Assembly: GCA_035221665.1 (NCBI GenBank)
Contig: CM069143.1
Span: forward strand, 16,554,001-16,618,000
From: Okamejei kenojei
Taxonomy: Eukaryota
Length of the DNA: 64,000 nucleotides
Direction of reading: 5' to 3'
Within the stretch, counting starts at the first letter, position 1; every line of letters starts with the position of its first letter. Under the pieces are notes generated by a model. It was given only the letters and a program-made list of their open reading frames with translations. It made no database searches and was not told the origin of the DNA. Below, piece by piece: positions 49,289 to 59,600 of this stretch. Both the position numbers and the translations under genes were made by a program.

Positions 49289-50174
49289 TGGACAGCACAA
49301 AACCAGACCCAGATTCACAATTCTGATATACATATGCAGGTTGGAATTTTAGTTTTTTGTGTCCTTAAATCAAACTGGCATGGATTTGCTCTTTAGCAGC
49401 ATTCCATTTGAATAATTGTTAGCCTGCCATGTTTTGGATGAGATGATGGACTGATAATTCCTCCAATGAGATAGAAATGAGAAACACATATGGCTATATT
49501 CAATGATAGCCAAGGAGTGCATAACTAAATGATTAAATTCATCTTTAAATAACTATATCATGCAAATCACATAATATTGCTTGAAATTTAACAGTAATTG
49601 TTCTTCAAAACCACTCTATTAGCTGTAAAACATTAAAACATGCTGAAGAAATAATTAGGTATTATATAAATATAATTTATCTTTTAGAATATTATTTCTT
49701 GCTTTAATAAAAACATATTTACTGTGGAAAGTCAACACGTGTGATGAAAAGCTGACCAAAAATCAACACACAAAAAAATAACTCAACAGTAAAGTCCTAA
49801 AATATCTCAGGACTTGGGAAATTGTTGGTATATAACAGGCTCTGTGCAAAGTACATTAAAAATACATACATTTTATTTTATGGCTTCATGAAATGATACT
49901 GTGAATGAAGAGATTGCTTGAAAATGGCTCAATTACTTTCATGGAGACAGAAGGGTGATCAGTGTTTTGGGTTGCATTAAGACAGGAAGTGAAGAGGGGA
50001 GATAGGCAGGAGCTGGCAGGAGACAAAGGGGTGGGAGGGAGAGGTGTGGCAGGGAGTGGCAGATGATAAATAGATTCAGGTGAGGTGGGAGATTAAAAAT
50101 GGAGATGCAAGAGGCGGCAGATTCTGGATTCCAAAAAGTGAGGAAGCTGATAAGTGAAACATTAGGAAGGGATG

Positions 50175-50271
50175 GGGGGTACACAAAAAGCTGGAGAAAC
50201 TCAGCGGGTGCAGCAGCATCTAAGGAGCGAAGGAGATAGGCGACGTTTCGGGTCGAGACCCTTCTTCAGAC
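50175..50271 (-). mobile_element. Solo 97-bp PLE pLTR with hammerhead motif, 13-bp TSD
   Basis: TSD ttaggaagggatg at 50162-50174 and 50272-50284. Inserted in an older PLE 3' remnant (about 49940-50310). Confidence 0.92.
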
Positions 50272-50315
50272 TTAGGAAGGGATGATGGGCACATGGAACC
50301 ACATGGAGAAAAGGT

Positions 50316-50632
50316 CGGTACAGTGGTGCAACGGTAGTGTTCTACCTAACAGCACACTACCAGAGACATGGGTTTGATCATGACTGTGGATGCTGGCTGT
50401 ATGGAATGTGTATGTTCTCCCCATGATCGCGTGTGTTTACCATGTTTCCTCCAGTGCTCCAGTTTCCTCCCATACTTCAAAGACAAAAGTTTAGAGAACA
50501 ATTTGGCTTTGGTAAAAATTGTAAATTGTCCCTGGTGTGTAGGATAGTGTGAGTGTACGAGGATCACTGGTCAGCATGTACTCGCTAGGCCAAAGGGCAT
50601 GTTTCTGCATTGTATCTCTAAACTAAACTAAA
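50316..50632 (+). mobile_element. V-SINE (HE1-like)
   Basis: cggtacagtggtgcaacggtag head, V domain gttctccccatgatcgcgtgtg...tttcctcccatacttcaaagac and tail tgtatctctaaactaaact. Confidence 0.8.
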
Positions 50633-51881
50633 AAAAGTAAAGAGATCCAGTAAAGATGTGGGTGATAGACAGATAGCAACCAGCTTCAACCTGTGCACCA
50701 CCGTATTGTACTGTAGTCCGTGTCTTTGGCAAAGCTGTACTGTACTATCCTTCTGTGACTTAGTGTAACACCATGCGGTGTAATTCAGACATAGAACTAG
50801 CGTATGGGTAATCGTCGGCGCAAACTCAGTAGACAAAAAGGCCTGTTTCCCCACTGTATCTCTAAACTAAGACTTTTGAAGTCACTTTCTCAAACTTAAA
50901 CACCACTAATTTGAAGTTCTATTCCTTTTGTTTAGTTTCAGAAATTATTTTATCTTGAGAGCTTTTATTCAAAATGACCTGTTGCATATTCAATTAGAAG
51001 ATAAGGACAATAATGGTTTAATTTGATAGTATAGGATATCTTAAGAAGTAATGGAAACATGACAAATCAAAGGGCAACCAAATAATCCTTTAATTAAAGA
51101 ATTGGAAAAAGTAATTGAAGAACTATTTCCAATTTTACATTTAGAACATTTTTCCTAGCATGTTAATTCAGTTGTTTACATTCCACTTTGAAGTTATTGA
51201 GACTATTGTATATTCATGATATCTTGGCAATACCACAAATTAGGTATGCACAAACTTTTAACATTTGACAAATATTTGAATGAAACCTGAAATCAGCAAA
51301 CTCAATGTCATTATTTTGCAAAGAATTAACAGCAGGATAAGGTTATAAGTATTCCAATAGTTTTTCATGTAATTGAGCATTTCAGCTTTCTGGCAGGTAT
51401 GGCTAAATTGGGGCTTTTTGATAAATTAAATAGGAAAACTATTTGGGCAGGTTATTGAAGGCTGGGGGAGGCTGTATAGCAAAGTAAAATAAAATCACAA
51501 GCCAATCTGTTATACAGCATATTTTAATGGATATTTATTCTGATGTAAAATTCTAATCAGAAATAAAAATTGATGAAAATGCTTTTTAACTGCAAGTGCA
51601 TTAAATATCAGAAGATGTTTTTATTTTGAGAATGGACAGAAACATATTTGTTTGATTTAGATTTTCCTAATGTAGTGTTCATCCCTCATCGCTCCTGCAA
51701 AAGTGGTTGAGCTATTCTTTTGAGGTACTGTGGGGAAAGTGCTCTCACGGTCCTGTTGTGTAATAAGTTCCAAAATGTACAGTATACCTAGTTATACATT
51801 TCCAAATCAGGGTAGTGTTTGAGCAGTAGAAGAACCTACAAGTTGGTGGCATGGTGACACAGCGGTAGAGTTGCTGCTTTA

Positions 51882-52113
51882 AACCCCTGTCTCACGGTGC
51901 GAGTCGACCCACGAGTGACCCCGAGTTTTCACTCGTTCTAATCACGTACAATTAACGTAGCGGGAACGTCGGAACTCGTTAACGTAGCGGGAACGTGGGA
52001 ACTCGGTTAAACTCTTGAACATAAACTTAGAATCTCGTACACAACCACGAGTCTGTTTTTTTTCTTTCACTTGGGGTCACTCGTGGGTAGACTCACACCA
52101 TGAGACAGGGCTT
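51882..52113. mobile_element. PIF/Harbinger-like MITE
   Basis: TIR aacccctgtctcacggtgcgagtcgacccacgagtgacccc / ggggtcactcgtgggtagactcacaccatgagacagggctt. TTA TSD at 51879-51881 and 52114-52116. Internal 27-bp tandem duplication. Confidence 0.85.
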
Positions 52114-52299
52114 TTACAGTGCTTACAGTGCAAGAGACCCAGGTTTGATCCTGGCTACGGGTGCTGTCTATACGGAGTTTGTACTTTCTCCCCATGACCT
52201 GCGTGGGTTTTCTCCAAGACCTTTGGTTTCCTTCCACACTCCAAAGACAAGCAGGTTTGTAGATTAATTGACATAGTATAAATGTAAAAAAAAATCTTG

Positions 52300-52937
52300 T
52301 CTTCTTCTTGCATATGGGGTGCACAGCCTAAAGGGCCTGTCCCACTTAGGAGACATAAACAGCAACCTCTGGTGACCTTGCCCACCACCCAAGGTTTCCA
52401 TGACGTCACAGGAGGTTTTGGTCACTTTCCCTAATGGTCAAAAGTGGTTTCCGCGTGGTCGAGGCTTCATCTAGGTTGCTGCTATGTTTTCATCATGACT
52501 AAAACCGGCCTCGACTAAAAATAAGCTGCCGTTTTAAAAATCGATAATTTTTTTGTCGCAGGTCTAGTCGAAGCCGATTTTCTTAATAGTCGAGGAAGGT
52601 TTTCAACATATGCATGGGAGGTGGTAGGAGGTTGCAGGTCACCTCGACCTTGATTTTTTTTTTGGGTGCCGGACAAGAACCCCAGAGGTTGCTTTTAGGT
52701 GTTTTGTTGTAGATCAAGGGTAGACATCCAGGCCAGGACAGCATCAGTTACTGGGTGGATGGCTTTGATGCCACCAGGTAAAAGCCTCAGTGTGCAGTCA
52801 TTCACGATGTGTGCGATGGTCTACTCTGGATGTCCACAGTCGCAAGCAGGGCTGTCTGTCACCCCCACTATGCAGGTGATGGGCAGTTCTTGCATGGAGG
52901 GTGCGGATTCTGTTCAGGGTTAGCCATTGCTCAAGAG
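52300..52937 (-). mobile_element. Vingi/Ingi-like LINE 3' end, interrupted by a MITE
   Basis: Reverse translation gives WLTLNRIRT...SPACDCGHPE*TIAHIVNDC...GGIKAIH...AVLAWMSTLDLQ (C-terminal CCHC region). 3' tail ccatatgcaagaagaaga. Confidence 0.7.
52332..52700. mobile_element. Harbinger-like MITE, right tip missing
   Basis: TAA followed by agggcctgtcccacttagg. Subterminal inverted pair agcaacctctgg / ccagaggttgct. Confidence 0.65.
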
Positions 52938-53633
52938 TATGTTGGATAGTGTTAATGTGCGGGGATCGCTGGTGCGGACTTGGTGGGCTGAAGAGCCTGT
53001 TTCCGCGCTGTATCTCTAAACTAAATCTAAACTAAACTGATATATTGTTCTTATCTACAAACTCCCCTGTTAACTCAGTGATCAAGGTTATCAATTTTGG
53101 AGTTGTTGCAGAAGGCTAGGCAAGCAAATGCAGCACACTTTATGGAAGGTACAGAGCCAGCCATTCCACAGGTGGAACTACTGAATCTTTAAGGTGGAAC
53201 AAATGAAGTGAGTTGCATTGCCCATAATTGTATCAAGCCTCTGCAGCATTGTTAGAACTGCAGTCATCGAAGAGACTATATTACCATACTTCTGACATCC
53301 TGCCAATTGTAAAAAAAATGGAGTGTTGTTAGAGGAATCACTCACTGGTAAATATCTAATCCCTGACATTCCTGCAGTCACAATACAAACCTAGTTGTTC
53401 CAATTACCTTTTAAACCCATGGCAAAACCCAGAATTTTGATGGTTGAGGATTTTGCAATGCTAATCATGCTATTGAACATAAATGATACGTGATTTTATT
53501 CCCTCTTGTTGAATAGTTACTGTGTTGCCTGGCAGTGTATGGTGAAAAATGTACTTGTCAGCTTATAAGTCCACATATAGATGTTGTGTAGGTCTTGTCA
53601 TATATATGACGTCTTCCCAAACCACAAACATAC

Positions 53634-53766
53634 CCTACTGAATGGTTTCCCACGTGCTGATCGAATCTGAATCCATCGGAAAAGCAACTGATTAAATGTC
53701 ACAGCTTTACTGGCATTAACATTAGACATTTCCTCAGAGGATCTTGTACTGAAATGCAGTTTGTTC
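53634..53766 (-). CDS. Candidate internal coding exon of an unidentified host gene (xNKLHFSTRSSEEMSNVNASKAVTFNQLLFRWIQIRSARGKPFSR)
   Basis: Acceptor ttgattgtcacag|G and donor AGG|gtatgt. Only one frame is open. Its phase-0 end does not directly match the phase-1 start at 46868. Confidence 0.45.
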
Positions 53767-54874
53767 CTGTGACAATCAAGCCAACTATGTAAACAAAATT
53801 ATAGATTACATTTGCTAGGCTTGTGCTGACTGTTAGCCTAGAATGGAGCTTTGTTCATGTCTGAACACAAAGATCTCTAAATATTTAAACTGAAGCTAGC
53901 CAGATATTTGTTAAATGTCAGCACAAACGTTAAACAGATTCCCTGAGTTCCAAAGGTGTATTTTAGTACCATTTGATTCAAACCAGAACTGCAGTGACTT
54001 TACCTCAGAGATTGTTTAAGAAAGAACTGCAGATGCTGGAAAAATCGAGATTGTTCATGTTCAGCTTAAAATATAAGTGCATTTGTAACTCCATGATCAA
54101 GTACAGGATGTTCTTAGAAATGATCAATAAAAAAGCATGAAAATAAGTCGTGTTTCCTGCCTCACTTCTAAAGGAAATAAATAACATACACTTGAGCATC
54201 TTTGAGGCAGAGAAATCTCTTGCTCAATTTAATCCAATCTACTAAGTGATTATTGATTTAATTGATGTTTTAAATACCCTGAACTAATCCATTGTAAAAC
54301 AGGATAAAAAATCTCAGTCAGATATAGTGTAACACCAAAGAACATTCATCCTAATATCTCCCTTGCAGTAGCAATATGCTTTGAGAAGCAAAGAATATTG
54401 ATCAAGTAAACATTCATGAACATGTTGACTGCTGACTGCAAGTTCTTGCCTTTAGTCTAGTGTAGGCTAATACTTCAAATAGTTTGATCCAATCAGTCAA
54501 ATATCATAATCTCCCCTTCCCGCTGTTCTGGTTCAGCCATGACATTGTCAACTTTTGAGGGAAGGAGACAGGCAGGGTTTCAAGGTATTCATCATTGGGC
54601 ATTCCACAAACATTTCATCTCTATTATAAACAGCATATACTTCAGTCCTATAGCCAACAAGCAGAAAGACAGAAACATTGCACAGTTGGAGGCTCTGAAT
54701 TCACAGCAGGAAGTTTATGCCTCATCCTGAACTAATCATCAGACAATCAAAATACTCAAATGGTCGAGGCCACCAGTGTGCTTTATTTAAACAAAGCTAA
54801 TTTTGAGAACTGAAGGTGGCTTTATAAATCTCTTTTCCATAATTAGGTAAGCACACAAAACACGGTCCTTAACT

Positions 54875-56130
54875 CAAAAAACAGACAACTGGGGCAACTC
54901 AATGGGCCAGGCAGCATTTGTGGAGGAAAATGGACAAACCATGTGTTGGGTACGGATACTTATTCAGACCATTTCCCTCCACCTGCTGCCAGACCTACCG
55001 AGATATTCCATCAGTTTGTTTTTTGCTAAACATTCCAGCATCTGCAGTTTCTTGTGTCTCTACTAACCTTCTTTCATAGAAGTCCTATTTATTCAGTAAA
55101 CGTGGTTGCTTAACTGCAGTCACAGATGGATCCCTCACCTGTGTCTCCTCTGTCTCCTGTAGTTCTGCTCTCACTCCCCCTCCCCCAGACGGAAGAAGGA
55201 TAGAGTTACCCTGGTCCTCACCATTCACCATCCAGCTCCCATATCCAACACATTATCGTCCCACATTTCTGTCACTTCCAACATGATCCCATCACCGGTC
55301 ACACCTTCCCATCTCTACCCTTTTCCACCTTATGCAGAGACCACTCGCTCAGCAACTCATTGGCTTACTCATCGCTTTCCATCTAAACCATCCCTCCCCA
55401 GGTATTTTTCCCTGCAGCAGCAGATGTAACACCTGTCTTTATAACTTCTCCCTCGTCACGTGCACCTCATCTACTGAATCTGGTGTTCCCAATGTGGTAT
55501 CCTGTATATCGATGAGACCAAGCGTAGACTTTGCTATAGTTTTGCTGAACACTTGTGCTTGGTCTGCCAAGGCCTAATGGTTCTCTCATTTTAACGGTCC
55601 TTCCCATGCCCAGACTGACTTTTCGGTCCTGGGCATCCTCCAATGCCAGAGTGAGCCACACATATTCCATTTAGGCAGCTTACACCCCAAAGGTATGAGC
55701 ATTGAGTTCTCCAATCTTAGATCATCTCAAACAACCTCCCCCCCCCCCCACTTCCCTTTCTCCCCTACTTCCTTTCTCCCCTGCATCCCCCTCTCTCCCC
55801 CCACGTTCCTCCACCAAAACTCATACCTACTTCTCCTTTTCCATTCTCCCTCCAACTACTTTCTTTTCTCTGGCTTCACAACTCTTTTGTTTCCAACATT
55901 CTGTTTTTTGTTTAATATCTCTGGCCATTGTTTAACCATCTGCCGATCAAAACACCCCATTGCCTGTGTTCACCTATTAAGTGCTATACTTTGCTCTGCC
56001 CATCCTCTCTTCCAGCTTTCTCCCCCACTACATTCAGTCTGCAGGAGGGTCGCGACACAAACATCAGCTAGTATCTCTCTTCTCCAGAGATGCTGTCTGA
56101 CCCACTGAGTTACTCCAGCCCTTTGTGTCT
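54875..56130 (+). mobile_element. Degenerate PLE with an upstream inverted pLTR pair (54875-55060)
   Basis: Colinear with 2690-3725 (agagttaccctggtcctcacc, gagaccaagcg, attgagttctccaat, pLTR 56035-56130). Confidence 0.8.
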
Positions 56131-57384
56131 TCAGTCCTAAACTTTACTTGGACTGAAACTGAACCATGACTAGAAACACACAATGGCATTGCACCGGTAA
56201 AATTCTGCATTGTTAAATTCCCAACAAAACTACATATGTATCATTACAGTCATGCATTATTCTTTATTTTTAAATAAATTGCCAGTACATGCATAGGTTT
56301 ATGCTTTTATTCAAATAGAAAAAAAAAATCAATAACTACATTAAACAATGTATTATTATCTTTCGACAATAGATAGTCACTTTTCAGATTTTGATCTGTT
56401 GCAAGGGAAAGCCATTCAATTGACATTGTGTCTCTTCCACCCTTGTTGCACACCACTCTATCATACCCTATAAATATAATTAAACAGACTTTAATGATCT
56501 GTTCAACCTGAGCTGAACTTCCATCCAACTTTTCATCCATTATTCAACTGTCCTGATTCTATCCTCATTACATCGCATGCCTGATGATCTCTTATCATGC
56601 TTTCAATTCAAAATTTTCTACTGTTTTTGTTTTCATTTCAAATCTTATTTTATCTCATGTCTGCAATTCGCTCTCACGGTTTATCTAAATATGCATTTGC
56701 TGTTCCGACACCGGACTACTGTACAATTCATCCTTTTCTTTCCTTATCATTTGCATAGCACACAAGTCTGCTAAACCAACTGTGTCCTGGAATTCTGTTC
56801 ACTTGCTCTGTCATTCCTTAATTTGCATCCTTAAAACATGCCTCTTTTGGTTACCATATCATGTAATTTGGTTACCATCTGATGTGCTCTGCTTTTCTGT
56901 TTAATTTCCAGTTTCTTTCTAGTAAAGTACTTTGAGATCATTTGAAATCCAAAACATAAATTGACTTCATTGCACCTAGATGCAGATAAGATGAAGAAAA
57001 ATGTTTATTCTGTGCTGAGAGTGTACAATATTTGGAAGCTTGAGATATTGAATGAAGACTGCGTCTGTAATTCTTTAGATTCTCAACATTTTTTCAGCAC
57101 AAATGTAAGATGCTTCTTCACAAAGAATCAGTGTGATGGCCCAGTGTAGCTTTACACATTCTTTAACTGGTCCATTGCTGGAGGTCTGGAAATATGACTC
57201 TTTATTGTGTGCCTTCTAAATCATAGACGGTCTATGGCACTATTTAAAACTAGTTGAAACAATCACCAAAAGACTGCAAATGCCAAAGATTAGGTATGAA
57301 TATTAAAGTGTAAATATTAGTTAGTTAATTATTTTGCAAGCAGTCAATGAAGACCTACATTATTTGCAGGACCTATTTAAAGAT

Positions 57385-57865
57385 TTAAAGTGGAGATTGA
57401 GAGGTTCTTGATTAGTAAAGGAGAAGGCAGGAGATTGGGATTGAGAGGGAAAGATGGGTCAGCCATGGTTGAATGGTGGAGTAGGCTTGATGGGCCAAAT
57501 GGCTTGATTTTGCTCCATTTACTTTTAAACTTATGAAGATTAAGTCATACTCATACTACATGGTGACAGGTCCATTGGCTCACCACATTCATTAATGCCC
57601 ATTTACACTAATGTGACACTGATTGCATTTATTCTTCCCACTTACCCATTTTGTCCACCAGATTCTATGCCTCACTTACACACTAGGGGCAATTTGCAAA
57701 GGCCAATTAATCTATCAGGCTACTTGTCTTGGGATGTATAAGGAAACTGGAACAGCTGGAGAAAGCCTAGATGGTCACAAAGACAATAACTTGAGTCCAT
57801 ACACGCAATGTCTGAGGACAGGACATGAATCCATGTCACCAGACCTGTGAGGCAACAGTTCTATT
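57385..57865. mobile_element. CR1 3' tail (+, 57385-57535) followed by a V-SINE remnant (-)
   Basis: ggagaaggcagg...tcagccatggttgaatgg; cacactaggggcaattt...aggaaactggaac. Confidence 0.55.
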
Positions 57866-57914
57866 TAGCCTTTGATAGGGCTTATCATGAATAGGGCTTA
57901 AGAACAATTGGAAC

Positions 57915-58055
57915 CAAACCTCAGCAGGTCAGGTAGCATGCCTGGAGAACATGGATAAGTAACATTTTGGGTCAGGACCCTTGTTTTGACTGATCGAAGT
58001 ATGGGGGAGAAAGTTGAAAGAGAGGTGAGGGAGCAGGGACAAAGTCGGGCAAGTG
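57915..58055 (-). mobile_element. PLE pLTR/3' UTR fragment
   Basis: ctcagcaggtcaggtagcat...ttttgggtcaggaccctt. Confidence 0.6.
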
Positions 58056-59600
58056 AAGTAATGGAATACTCTCCACTTGGCTGGGTGAAACTCACCACCA
58101 TTCAAGACAAAGCAGCCTCCTTTACAACAGGTTAACTTCCCAATTCACCTCTCCAAACATTTATTCTCACACCATCGGTGCAGAATGACCACAGTACAAA
58201 CCTTCTGCTGTTGCTCCCCAAAGTTATTCTATGCCAAGAAGGTCAAGGACATCAGGCATATGGGAAGAGCATTACCATCATGTACTTCTCCAAGTTGTGT
58301 GCCATCCTGACTTGGAAATATATTACTGGTCATGATCATCTCTGGGTCTGAAATCTAGAAATCCCAATCCAATGCTACCGTGAGAGTGGCTTCATTAGAA
58401 GGAACCCAGCAGTTTGAGAAGGAGGCGTGCTATTATCTTTTCAAGGGTATTTAGGGGTGAGTAATAAATGCTGTCCATGCCTGGATCCCAAAAAATCAAT
58501 AGCTAAATAAGATATCCTAATTCTTCCTCTTCTAACTTATACTGTGGTTATGAAATGTGAGGGTTAAACTACTTTTGGGGCCCTCTGATTGGAATCAATG
58601 CTGATAAAAAGATACAATACTGCCTTTTCTTTCTGAAAACAACTGATTATCTCTTTACATCAGAAGTTAACTTTGAATTTTTTTTCAAATGTTTTTGGGT
58701 CATTCAAGGAGAAAGTATCCTAATAACAATTACCTGCACATGTTAATACATTGATCAATCATGAAAAATAATGTCTGCAACACTTACCCTGACAATAGTT
58801 TTCAATATAATTCAAAACTGTGAAATAAATAACCACTAACCTGCACGATCAATATGTTTTGGGCACAGCAATCAATAATCCTGACATTCTTAATTAAAGT
58901 ATTTTGCAAGTCACTGAGGACAGTTATACAGATTGTAGAGCTGCTCACTGCTAGTTTATAAAAGATACACAACAGTAAGCAATATTACACTTTGCAATTT
59001 AATGCAAGAATCAGCATTCCTTCCCTATGAATGGTTTTAGCGTACAGTATTCAATAAACAAGACTAAGGCTACTTTAAAAGCATATATTGCTAGTTGTCA
59101 GCTGATGAAATGCCAGAGACATGCAAAAAACTGTTATGAACTCACTAATGGGTGCAATCATTTTATGTATTTGAATTAATATTCTATTGTAGAATCTTAA
59201 TTTTACTTCGGAGTCACGTGAGTGACTACGTGAAGAATCCTCGCCAGGCGCATGCGCGTCATTACGTCCGCGCATGCCGCACTGAACGGGCTGGAGGGCA
59301 CAGCTCCACCAGCGGGTAAGTAGGAACTTCTAAGATAAGTGTTTTAAAAACTTTACTTAGAAGTATTTCCACTCCGTAAAGCTGGCTCGAGCAGTCAGTA
59401 GGAGTGGGGACTTGGAGCTGTCACTTCTGAAGATTTGTCTTAGCAACGCCGGTTCCGATGCCGTGTGCCGTTTTACCGGCAGCAGTTAAAATAGCACGCT
59501 AATTTTCCCCACTAGCTCCATTGACAAATGGCAGGCCAACTGGAATTTGCTTCAGAATGAGCCTGGTCCATCTGTTTATTTCCAAGGGTGCTAGCAGACT

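Larger units (their letters stand above)
51845..53038 (+). mobile_element. V-SINE (HE1-like) hosting nested MITE, Vingi and MITE insertions
   Basis: Head 51845-51881, body 52114-52300, and tail 52938-53038 ending (AAACT)n. Confidence 0.82.

Noticed and set aside
53178-53381. 67-aa minus-strand ORF near the candidate exons
   Set aside because: No convincing splice signals or motifs. The region looks like decayed repeat sequence.
58788-58817. 30-nt micro-exon candidate on the minus strand (ttcacag|...CAGG|gtaagtg)
   Set aside because: Good splice signals, but too short to assess, and its phase does not match the exon at 53766. Not supported without RNA data.
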